A stretch of 64,000 nucleotides of DNA from an uncultured Bacteroidales bacterium. Lineage in GTDB: Bacteria; Bacteroidota; Bacteroidia; Bacteroidales; WCHB1-69. The stretch spans positions 10,504 to 74,503 of the forward strand of contig CALDIA010000144.1 of NCBI GenBank assembly GCA_937901455.1, written 5' to 3'. The notes beneath the pieces were generated by a model. It did not search any database. It was not told the origin of the DNA and saw only the letters and a program-made list of their open reading frames with translations. Numbering within the stretch: the stretch's first letter is position 1; every line of letters begins with the position of its first letter. A program made the position numbers and the translations under genes. Positions 48,032-57,200 of this stretch are shown here, piece by piece.

Positions 48032-49657
48032 TTATCTGTGACCTCCGCTGCTGTGAGAGGAACTACTGCCATGGGAAGAGGTGCTGCTGCTGTGTGAAGA
48101 GCCACTATAGCTGCTTCTAGAAGAGGAACTTCCACTGTTGTAGCTGCTTCTGGAGGAAGAACTTCCACTGTTATAGCTACTTCTAGAGGAGCTGCCGCTA
48201 TTGTAGCTGCTTCTGGAGGAAGAACTGCTACTCGGTGTATAGCTGCTGCGAGAAGAAGAACTTCCACTGTTATAGCTGCTTCTAGAAGAGGAACTTCCAC
48301 TATTGTAGCTGCTTCTGGAGGAAGAACTGCTACTCGGTGTATAACTGCTGCGAGAAGAAGAACTTCCACTGTTAGAATTACTTCTGGAAGAGGAACTGTT
48401 GCCAGGAGTGTAATTGCTTCTGGAAGAACTGTTGTAGGAGGAGGGAGTAGGTCTCGTGGTGGTTGTGCGCGTGCTGCCGTCATTGGATCTGATAATCGTA
48501 GTGGTGGCAGGTCTTGTTGTTGTGTTAGTGCTCGTTCTCGCCGGGGTTGTTGTGTTAGTTGTAGTCGTTCTACTCTGGGTAGAAGGCGTTGTTGTTGTGC
48601 GACTTGGTGTGGCGGGAGTGGTAGTCGTTCTACTTGTACTCGTACTATTGATAGTGTTGGTTCTGGCAGGCGCAGATGCGTTGTCGTTTACCGTGCGGGT
48701 ACTGACAGTACTGTTGCCAGCAGACGTGTTAGTCATGGTGCGGCTGGCCGATGTGGAAGTGTTGTCCGAAGTACTATAGCTGGTCGCTAAGGTCTGATAC
48801 TGCTGGTTGAAAGAAGAAGGTGAACTGACAGTGGAATAACGGTTGTTGTTGTCGTTGTTTGTGTATGTGGCACCGCCAAAAGCATTGTAGTCCATATCTC
48901 TATTGCCGTTGCGTCCATTGCCTACAGAAGGCCCCACATTTTCACGATGTCCATAGTGGTAAGTGTTGTTGTGGTCATGGTTGTTGTGGTAGAAATCGCT
49001 TGCCCAATGGTGCCCCGGATGGTTCCAGTAGTCGAAAGGACCATGGTGTCCTGGATGATTGTTCCAATGGTGGAAGTGATGATAGTGGAAAGGATCATAG
49101 TAGCCCCACCCCCATCCATAGTTGAAGCCATAATAGTCGTAGCCATAGTAGTAGGGGCGTACATAGTAGCTTGGCCACCACCAGTTATAGCCCAGATAGA
49201 TGCTATAACCCCAGCTGTAGGGATTGTAATCGTACCAATATGTGTTCGTGAACCAAGGATCGTAGTAGCCCCAGCCGCAGTGTACGTTGGTATGGAATCT
49301 CCGTAGTCGTGATGTGTAATAGTAGTCATAATAGTCATCATCAGAGTAGGTGCTGGTATAATTGTTGACAGCCTGTTCGGAGATATAGTTGGTGATGACG
49401 GGCTCACTTTGCCCCGGATAAAATGTCTGAGTGCGCAGGAGATTTCCATCCTCATCGTACTCATAAACGATGCTGTCAGGCTGCACTTCAGCAGGTTGGG
49501 TTGTGCTCTGAGCCATCTTTGTCTGGCTATTTGCTGCCCTGTATTGGCAGTCAGTAGATGACGAGTAGATGTCATCATAAACCGTATATGTTTCTGTCAT
49601 ACAAGAAGTAAGAAGAAAAGCAACGGCTGCTGTAGCGATTAGAAATAGTTTTTTCAT
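48032..49657 (-). CDS. Lipoprotein with a Tyr/Trp/His-rich segment and a long Ser/Thr/Arg-rich repetitive C-terminus
   Basis: Lipobox FLLTSC. Aromatic segment YYDPWFTNTYWYDYNPYSWGY...HYHHFHHWNNHPGHHGP. The C-terminus is (SSSSRSSYNSG)n. Confidence 0.75.
   Translation of the reverse strand: MKKLFLIATAAVAFLLTSCMTETYTVYDDIYSSSTDCQYRAANSQTKMAQSTTQPAEVQPDSIVYEYDEDGNLLRTQTFYPGQSEPVITNYISEQAVNNYTSTYSDDDYYDYYYTSRLRRFHTNVHCGWGYYDPWFTNTYWYDYNPYSWGYSIYLGYNWWWPSYYVRPYYYGYDYYGFNYGWGWGYYDPFHYHHFHHWNNHPGHHGPFDYWNHPGHHWASDFYHNNHDHNNTYHYGHRENVGPSVGNGRNGNRDMDYNAFGGATYTNNDNNNRYSTVSSPSSFNQQYQTLATSYSTSDNTSTSASRTMTNTSAGNSTVSTRTVNDNASAPARTNTINSTSTSRTTTTPATPSRTTTTPSTQSRTTTTNTTTPARTSTNTTTRPATTTIIRSNDGSTRTTTTRPTPSSYNSSSRSNYTPGNSSSSRSNSNSGSSSSRSSYTPSSSSSSRSSYNSGSSSSRSSYNSGSSSSRSSYTPSSSSSSRSSYNSGSSSRSSYNSGSSSSRSSYNSGSSSSRSSYSGSSHSSSTSSHGSSSSHSSGGHR
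48060..48430 (-). repeat. Coding tandem repeat: 33-36-nt units nested in a near-perfect 102-nt duplication
   Basis: The block starting tattgtagctgcttctggaggaagaactgctactcggtgtat at 48199 recurs at 48301 with one mismatch seen. The units encode SSRSSY[NT][SP]-type repeats. Confidence 0.8.
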
Positions 49658-49685
49658 AAAAACCTCCGTGTATTTTTAAATTTAG

Positions 49686-49693
49686 TATTTTTG
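49686..49693 (+). promoter_or_regulatory. Candidate -7 box TATTTTTG for proS (long leader)
   Basis: Motif lies 105 nt upstream of ATG 49798. Confidence 0.3.
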
Positions 49694-49714
49694 CAAACAA
49701 TGTCAAATAGACGG

Positions 49715-49722
49715 CAAAGATA
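49715..49722 (-). promoter_or_regulatory. -7 box TATCTTTG for the four-gene exported-protein operon
   Basis: Motif lies 58 nt upstream of ATG 49657. Confidence 0.45.
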
Positions 49723-49797
49723 CTAAAAAGTTAATTCTTGCCTCAGAAAAAAAGCATAATAAAATTTAAAATCTTAATAAACGAAAACGTTAGAGAT

Positions 49798-51273
49798 ATG
49801 GCAAAAAATTCAACTACTCGTGAAGAAAACTACTCACAATGGTATAATGATATTGTAAAAAACGCTGATCTTGCGGAGAATTCAGCCGTAAGAGGATGTA
49901 TGGTGATCAAGCCCTACGGCTATGCTATATGGGAAAAGGTTCAGTCCACCTTGGATAAAATGTTCAAAGAAACGGGGCACCAGAACGCATATTTCCCGCT
50001 TTTCATTCCCAAATCTTTTTTCAGTCGTGAGGCCAGTCATGTGGAAGGTTTTGCCAAAGAGTGTGCTGTGGTTACCCACTATCGCTTAAAAAATGCCGAA
50101 GACGGCAGTGGGGTCGTGGTCGATCCGGATGCCAAGCTTGAAGAGGAACTCATTGTGCGCCCAACCTCCGAGACCATTATTTGGAACACCTATAAGAATT
50201 GGATACAATCGTACCGCGACCTGCCGATTTTGTGCAATCAGTGGGCCAATGTTGTCCGTTGGGAGATGCGTACTCGTCTTTTCTTGCGCACAGCAGAGTT
50301 TTTGTGGCAGGAGGGACATACCGCACATGCCACTCGCGAGGAGGCTGTGGCTGAGACAGAAAAGATGCTGCATGTGTATGCCGATTTTGTCGAGAACTTT
50401 ATGGCTATTCCAGTCATTAAAGGTGTGAAGTCACCGAATGAGCGTTTCGCCGGTGCTATCGATACTTATTGCATCGAAGCACTGATGCAGGATGGCAAAG
50501 CCCTGCAGGCCGGTACTTCCCACTTCTTAGGTCAGAATTTTGCTAAGGCCTTCGATGTCAAGTTCCTCAATAAGGAGAATCAACTGGAATACGTGTGGGC
50601 TACCTCTTGGGGTGTATCCACCCGTTTGATTGGCGCCCTTATCATGACCCATTCCGATGACAATGGTCTGGTGCTTCCCCCGAATCTGGCCCCCATACAG
50701 GTGGTGATTGTGCCTATCTATAAATCTGAAGACCAGTTAAATGCCATTACACAAAAGGTTCTTCCACTTATTGAACAACTCAAGTCTTTGAATATTACTG
50801 TCAAGTACGATGATGACGACTCCAAGCGCTCGGGCTGGAAGTTCAACGAATATGAGCAGAAGGGTGTGCCTGTGCGTGTGGCCATCGGTCCCCGCGACCT
50901 CGAAAACAACGAAGCAGAAGTTGCTCGCCGCGACACCCTGACCAAGGAGAACGTTTCCTGCGAAGGGCTTGCTGAATATATTCAGAAATTATTGGCCGAT
51001 ATACAAAATAATCTCTTCCAAAAAGCGTTAAGCTTCCGTGACACACACACATACAAGGCCGATACTTGGGACGAGTTCGTGGATCTGTTGGATAATAAGC
51101 CTGGCTTTGTGTATGCCCATTGGGATGGCACGCCCGAGACCGAGGAGAGGATTAAAGAACTCTCCAAAGCCACTATCCGTTGCATCCCCTTTAACAACCC
51201 GAAAGAGGACGGCAAGTGCATACTCACGGGGAAACCTTCAACCCAAAGAGTGCTCTTTGCCCGATCTTATTAA
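49798..51273 (+). CDS. proS: Proline--tRNA ligase (archaeal/eukaryote-like type without the INS editing domain)
   Basis: [44 protein letters not shown] and a C-terminal zinc-less domain. Start trimmed to [11 protein letters not shown]. Confidence 0.9.
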   Translation: MAKNSTTREENYSQWYNDIVKNADLAENSAVRGCMVIKPYGYAIWEKVQSTLDKMFKETGHQNAYFPLFIPKSFFSREASHVEGFAKECAVVTHYRLKNAEDGSGVVVDPDAKLEEELIVRPTSETIIWNTYKNWIQSYRDLPILCNQWANVVRWEMRTRLFLRTAEFLWQEGHTAHATREEAVAETEKMLHVYADFVENFMAIPVIKGVKSPNERFAGAIDTYCIEALMQDGKALQAGTSHFLGQNFAKAFDVKFLNKENQLEYVWATSWGVSTRLIGALIMTHSDDNGLVLPPNLAPIQVVIVPIYKSEDQLNAITQKVLPLIEQLKSLNITVKYDDDDSKRSGWKFNEYEQKGVPVRVAIGPRDLENNEAEVARRDTLTKENVSCEGLAEYIQKLLADIQNNLFQKALSFRDTHTYKADTWDEFVDLLDNKPGFVYAHWDGTPETEERIKELSKATIRCIPFNNPKEDGKCILTGKPSTQRVLFARSY

Positions 51274-51285
51274 AGATAACAAACA

Positions 51286-52059
51286 ATGGATGAAAGACTT
51301 GAAGCGTTTCAGCAATTGCTGAACATCATGGACGACCTGCGCGCCAAGTGTCCGTGGGATCGCGAACAGACCTTTGACTCGTTACGTTGCCTGACCATTG
51401 AGGAGACTTATGAATTGTCGGACGCTATTGTTGGGAAGAATTATGATGATATGTGCAAGGAGTTGGGCGACCTGCTCCTGCACATCGTCTTTTATGCTAA
51501 GATTGCCGAGGAACATCAATTGTTTGACATCGCAAAGGTCATTCGGCAATTAAACGACAAGTTGGTTCGCCGACATCCTCATATTTATGGAGATGCTGAG
51601 TCGAATACCGCTTCCGAAGTTCGTCAAAGTTGGGAAAAGATTAAGTTGCAGAAAGAGGGTAACCGTTCCGTGCTGGGCGGTGTGCCACAATCGTTGCCAG
51701 CCCTGATTAAGGCATTCCGAATTCAAGAAAAGGTTAGTGGGGTAGGGTTCGACTGGGACAATACCAGTCAAGTGTGGGAAAAGGTTCAAGAGGAACTCCA
51801 GGAACTGCAAACAGAAGTGGCTGCTCATTCCGACAAGATGGAAGATGAGTTTGGAGATGTGCTTTTTGCCCTCATCAATTATGCCCGATTTCTCCATATT
51901 ACCCCCGAAGATGCTCTTGAAAAAACAAATCGTAAGTTTATCAAGAGATTCCAATATATTGAGAAACAGGCAAATATATCTAATCGAAAGATTACAGACC
52001 TCTCCTTGGAAGAGATGGAGGCCTATTGGCAAGAGGCTAAATTGTCAGAAACATTATAA
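51286..52059 (+). CDS. mazG: Nucleoside triphosphate pyrophosphohydrolase MazG
   Basis: CPWDREQTFDSLRCLTIEETYELSDAI plus a second EEL..E motif. Confidence 0.9.
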   Translation: MDERLEAFQQLLNIMDDLRAKCPWDREQTFDSLRCLTIEETYELSDAIVGKNYDDMCKELGDLLLHIVFYAKIAEEHQLFDIAKVIRQLNDKLVRRHPHIYGDAESNTASEVRQSWEKIKLQKEGNRSVLGGVPQSLPALIKAFRIQEKVSGVGFDWDNTSQVWEKVQEELQELQTEVAAHSDKMEDEFGDVLFALINYARFLHITPEDALEKTNRKFIKRFQYIEKQANISNRKITDLSLEEMEAYWQEAKLSETL

Positions 52060-52069
52060 TAAATCTATT

Positions 52070-53908
52070 ATGTATAATAAAATAATAGTATATATAATAT
52101 TATTGTTGACTATCACTCCGCAGATTGGCTTGTCGCAGAAGCGTTCCAAGGCCGTGGAGTATTGCGAGAAGGCAGAAAAGGCGCTCAACCAACGCAACTT
52201 TGACAAAGCGTTGCAATATCTTCATCAGGCGGCGCAGAAGGATCCCAACTATCCTGATACCTATATTCTCATGGGTGATGCGTACAATTTTTCCTTGCGT
52301 TCCGATTCGGCGGCCTTATGCTATGACCACGCCATTGAGTTGATTGGCGATCCAGATCCATTATTGTACTACATTGCGGCATCTGAGTGCTTAAAGTGTG
52401 GTAAGTATGAGCTGGCCTTGAAGCATTATGAAACCTTTTTGGTGAAGGGAGTGCAATATACGGATGTGTTGACTGATGCCCAGAAGGGTGTGGCTAATTG
52501 CCGTTTTGCTATTGAGGCGATGCGTAATCCTGTGGCTTATGAGCTTCAGAACTTAGGCGCCCATATTAATTCTGAGTGGGATGAATCATTGGCGACGCTC
52601 ACTGCAGATGACGAGACCATCATTTTCACGGTTAAGCGGCCTAAGGATGAACATACGGTCTGTGCGTTTTGCGTAAATGAAGAAGATTTGTATAGTGCTC
52701 ACCGCAAGGATGGTGCTTGGCAACCGCGTCAGGTGCTCGGCGCACCCGTCACTACTGGCTACAACGAGGGTGCTCAGAGTTTGTCACCTAATGGCGACTA
52801 TCTGCTGTACACTATCTGCAATGCCGACTATGGTATTGGCAGCTGTGATCTGTATTGGGCCAAAAAAATCGGCGATCGCTGGTCGCGACCACGCAATTTC
52901 GGTGCTCCCGTCAACTCAAGCGCGTGGGAGAGTCTCCCTACCATAGCGGCTGATGGCGTCACTATATACTTCTCCTCTTCCAGGCCAGGAGGTTTCGGAG
53001 GTAAGGATATCTGGAAGACGACCATGACCAGTGAAGGCGCCTTCACTCCGCCTGTCAACTTGGGTGCTACTATCAACACGCCAGAGGATGATGCCGCCCC
53101 GTTTATCCATAGTGACGGACATACCCTCTACTTTGCTTCTAATGGACGAGTGGGAATGGGGGGCTACGACCTCTACTACAGCACTCTCCAACCCGATGGC
53201 AGCTGGAGCGAGCCTCAAAACCTGGGATATCCTATCAATACGTATAATGATGAAATCAATATCTTCATCAATGCACAAGGTACTACTGCCTATATTGCCT
53301 CCGACAAAGCGGGCGGCTTCGGAGGGCTTGACTTGTACAGCTTCGACCTGGACGATGACCTGCGTCCGAGTCCCGTGACCTACATCAAAGGGCGTGTCTT
53401 TGATGCTGAAACAAAGGTGCCCCTCGCCGCGGAGGTCCAGATGATAGACCTGGAGACTAACCAACTGCTTACCGGAACTATGTCTGACGAGGAGACTGGT
53501 GAATATCTGGCTTGCGTGCACACCGGAAAAAATGTGCTTCTCAATGTATCGCATCCCGACTACCCTTTCTATTCCGAAAACTTCCAGTTGGCGCAGTCAT
53601 ACAACCAGCTGCAACCCTACCGGAAAGACATCTCCCTGCAACGGGCAGAAGTGGGCACCGTTGTCGTGCTGAAGAACATCTTCTTTGACTTTGACAAAAG
53701 CGAGCTCAAGGCGGAGTCTTATCTGGAACTCGACAAGTTGGTGGACTACTTGAAGCATAACCGCATTCGGATTGAGATTGGCGGCCATACCGACAACACC
53801 GGTTCCAGTGAATACAACGAACAGCTCTCCAAGGCCAGGGCAAAATCGGTTTACGACTATCTTTTAGCTCATGGAATCTCCGAAAATCGTCTCTCCTATA
53901 GGGGCTAA
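52070..53908 (+). CDS. TPR / PD40-propeller / OmpA-domain outer-membrane-associated protein, ending at an in-frame TAA inside the OmpA domain
   Basis: Start trimmed to MYNKIIVYIILLLTITPQIGLSQ. It has TPR-like helices and PD40 repeats (YFSSSRPGGFGGKDIW, YFASNGRVGMGGYDLY). The OmpA-like region reads FFDFDKSEL...GGHTDNTGSSEYNEQLSKARA. The same frame continues after the TAA with GMQKPIDSNDTEEGRANNRRTEFTIIP to 53992. Confidence 0.8.
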   Translation: MYNKIIVYIILLLTITPQIGLSQKRSKAVEYCEKAEKALNQRNFDKALQYLHQAAQKDPNYPDTYILMGDAYNFSLRSDSAALCYDHAIELIGDPDPLLYYIAASECLKCGKYELALKHYETFLVKGVQYTDVLTDAQKGVANCRFAIEAMRNPVAYELQNLGAHINSEWDESLATLTADDETIIFTVKRPKDEHTVCAFCVNEEDLYSAHRKDGAWQPRQVLGAPVTTGYNEGAQSLSPNGDYLLYTICNADYGIGSCDLYWAKKIGDRWSRPRNFGAPVNSSAWESLPTIAADGVTIYFSSSRPGGFGGKDIWKTTMTSEGAFTPPVNLGATINTPEDDAAPFIHSDGHTLYFASNGRVGMGGYDLYYSTLQPDGSWSEPQNLGYPINTYNDEINIFINAQGTTAYIASDKAGGFGGLDLYSFDLDDDLRPSPVTYIKGRVFDAETKVPLAAEVQMIDLETNQLLTGTMSDEETGEYLACVHTGKNVLLNVSHPDYPFYSENFQLAQSYNQLQPYRKDISLQRAEVGTVVVLKNIFFDFDKSELKAESYLELDKLVDYLKHNRIRIEIGGHTDNTGSSEYNEQLSKARAKSVYDYLLAHGISENRLSYRG

Positions 53909-54062
53909 GGGATGCAAAAACCCATTGATAGCAACGATACGGAGGAGGGTAGAGCCAATAATCGTAGAACCGAATTCACAATTATCCCTTGACTATGGTT
54001 GATAACTAAAGGCTGTCCCGATTCTCAAAAAGCAATATAATATACAGAATGACAATGTTTTA

Positions 54063-54092
54063 AGGGCTCTATGTAACTATAGGGCCCTTTTG
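54063..54092 (+). terminator. Rho-independent terminator downstream of the OmpA-domain gene
   Basis: 9-10-bp stem (AGGGCTCTAT/ATAGGGCCCT with one G-U), a 6-nt loop, then TTTT. Confidence 0.6.
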
Positions 54093-54172
54093 TCAGTATA
54101 ATAGGGTATGAACTTTTTTTCAGAATTGTTGAAAAAAAAAAAGGATAAGAGTGTAAGAATAAAAAAAAAATG

Positions 54173-54180
54173 TATTTTTG
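54173..54180 (+). promoter_or_regulatory. -7 box TATTTTTG for the giant surface-protein gene, immediately preceded by an A10 tract
   Basis: aaaaaaaaaatgTATTTTTGcaag. It lies 116 nt upstream of ATG 54296, and the leader is very A-rich. Confidence 0.45.
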
Positions 54181-54295
54181 CAAGTTGAATTTTTAGTGTA
54201 AACTATAGTAATGTAGTATGCTATATAAGAAGACGATAACACAAAAAAAGAGAAGAAATAATAATAATTAATAATAACAAACAATAAAAAACAGT

Positions 54296-57200
54296 ATGAA
54301 AAAATTATTATCAATTTGCTTTCTAAGCATTCTGCTGGCGCTTCTGAACGTCCCCGTTCAAGCGCAGACAACACAGTCATGCTGCTTTTGGTTGGAGAAT
54401 CTCCAGCCACAAACGTTGCATGATATTGCCAACGTTCCTGGTGGTGGCGCTGCCCACCTGCCTGGCACTGGTGGCGATGTTGTGTTGAACAACACCATGA
54501 ATCCGGTGTTGCATGGTATTGATCCGGCTACTGGTCAATGCCAACAGACGGACTACTACAAGATCCGCTTTGCGAATACTTGTAATCTTCCAGCCACCAC
54601 GAAAGTGTCTATTGAATGGAAGTTGTATCGCGATGGACAACTTGTCAACGGTAATCTTTCTGATTATGCAGATTTCCGTATCTATACCAGATATGGTAGA
54701 TTGCATAACAGCATGAACCCGATGTCTGCCGGTCAGACCTATTGTGACACGATGGGTTGGATCGGTGGTCGTGTTAGCGGCCTTGGTACCTGTTTGTACA
54801 ACACAAGCACGGATCTTTACCCGAATTACCCGAACTACGATGATGTGTATTGTGCAGGCGGTTATCCTGGCGCCACGGAAGTTGAACCTCTGCCCTTGGA
54901 TTTTGCTAATGAATCTGCTGAAGCTTGGGGTTACACCTATTTTGCAAACGAGATGGGCTTGGACTATTTCAACCTGCCTTTCTTCGAAGCTACGGACCAT
55001 GTGATTGTTATATGCTGGAAGCAAGTTGGTAACTACTCTTTAGTGGTTGGTCTCCGCGAGCGTACCGGTGGTACCGATTGGGGAACCCTCTATTGGGACG
55101 AGAACCAACAACACGCTATCGGTGGTCACCAGAGCTGCTGTGGCGCCCTGCTGGCCCAAGACTCTATCCACTATCTTGTACAGACTAATAAGCAAAAGGC
55201 TGTTTGCGATGGCGAGACCTGGGACTTCGGTAGCCCTGTCGCCACTTTCTCCGTTGAGAACCATTACCATGTAATCTTCGGTGACTCCGTTTGTGGTCAC
55301 TTCAGAGTAGATAGCTTGGTTCAACTTGACTTCTATACCCGTATCAATCCTGACATCATTGCTGACGACTTCGAGATTTGCGTGGGTCTTCCTTTGACCG
55401 CTGATCAGGTGGCTGCTCACACACCCGCTGTGAACACAGATGCTCCTGGTATTATCGACTACGCTATCTGGTGGTCACAAGATGGTGAAACCTGGACCAC
55501 GACCACGCCGAGCTATGATGCCGTACAGCTGGGTGGCTATACATGGTATGTGAAACAAATCAACCATTACGATGCCGTTACTCCGGACGATTTCTATTGC
55601 GAGGGCAAGATCGACACACTCACCATTACGGTGCTTCCGCTCTATCCTCCTGTAATCGATCCTGCTCAATACGAGTTCTGCTATAGCCAAATGCCGACCA
55701 CATTCCCGATCCCTGCCTCTTACGATGATCGCGAAGAATGTGCTACCGGTATTGTATGGCAATATGGTACTACCAACCTTGATACTGTTGCCGATGGCGC
55801 TTCTTATCCTGTTGCTATGACGGACTACTTCACCAGCAACGTGAACAAGACCATCACCTTCAATGTGTTCACCACTAACGGCTATGCAAACTCTGAGCCT
55901 ACCGTGGTAACCATCGTGATGAACGCCTCCCCTGTATTGGTTGGCGACAACTCCTTGGTTGACGATACCCTTTGTCCGAGAGGTGAGGAACTGTTGAAGA
56001 CCCAATTCTCCGACAGCAATATTGGACAAACCAACAGCACCATCTCCTATTCTTGGACTTTGAACGGAACTGCCATCAACATCAATACTGCTTCCATCAC
56101 TGGCACTGCACCCGATGCTTGTTCCGGTACTAATGTATATGTAGTGACTGCTATCGCTACCAGCGAGGCTGGCTGTATGGACACCCTCGTCCGTACCTTT
56201 AAGTTGACCGCTCAGGACACCAACGCTATTGTGGTTACTCCTAAGCCGACAACCATCACTAACATTACTGTTTCTGGTTGCGACACTACTGCCCAAGCTT
56301 TCGTGGCTGGCCGTCGTACGGTGGATGATCTTCAAATACTCTTGAATATTATCGACCATTGTGAGAACATTACCGAGGTGCTCTATAGCGCTACGGTCAC
56401 CACCGCTGAATGCGAGGTTTATGTGGACAGAACCTATATTCTCAAGGATGAATGCGGCAACGTTTCTAATCCTTATGTTGAGCACTGGACCATCAAGAAT
56501 GACTTTGCTCCTGTTATCAATGGTGAATTGACTACCATTGCTCCTGTTCCTGTTCAAAACTGTCAGTTCCAAGTTCCTGCTTACAATGTATTGTTGAATG
56601 CATTCAATGAAGCTTATGAAGTGAACTTCGAATGTGCTGGCAACCATGTTGATCATGTTGAATTCTACTTGGATGCCGCTCATACTACTTTGGCTCCTAT
56701 GCACTTGATCTTTGAGGAAAGCGACACCGCTTACGTATATGCTATCGCTACCGACAAGTGTGGTAACGAATCTGTTAATACTATGGTATTCATGCTGCAA
56801 CGTCCTCCTCGTATGGTTATCGACGGTGGTATCTTGGCAGTTCCTGCTGACATCTGTTTGCATGACACCGTTTTCTTGTCTTTCGACACGAGTTTCGTAC
56901 ATAACGCTACTCCGTTGATCGATGGCAATGGCGAGTCCTACTACAACCTTGAGTGGACTGCCAACCCGAACGATGGTAGTATTATCTATCATACCAGTCC
57001 TACCGCTTATGGTGTTCCTGCAACCGCCAACACCGATTACACGTACACCATTCACGTAACTGACTATTATGGTTGTGTGGATTCTATCGCTGCTGATCCT
57101 GTACATGTACACGGTCTTCCTACTGTTGAGATCGAAGAGATCATCCTCAATGGTTCCACCTTCCCGTTGTGTCCTAACTATGGCAACCTTACCATCCACT

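Noticed and set aside
48060-48430. Possible CRISPR array or non-coding satellite suggested by regular short repeats
   Set aside because: The repeats are contiguous with no unique spacers. They are in frame within a long ORF and encode Ser-rich peptide units. No cas genes are nearby.
47986-49578. Alternative-frame or antisense ORFs in the Ser-rich lipoprotein gene (47986..48483, 48456..48779, 48922..49578, 48947..49306)
   Set aside because: They are products of the tandem repeat and low-complexity sequence (poly-V/L/A or poly-T translations). Only frame 48032..49657 has a lipobox signal peptide, a promoter box and a coherent start and stop.
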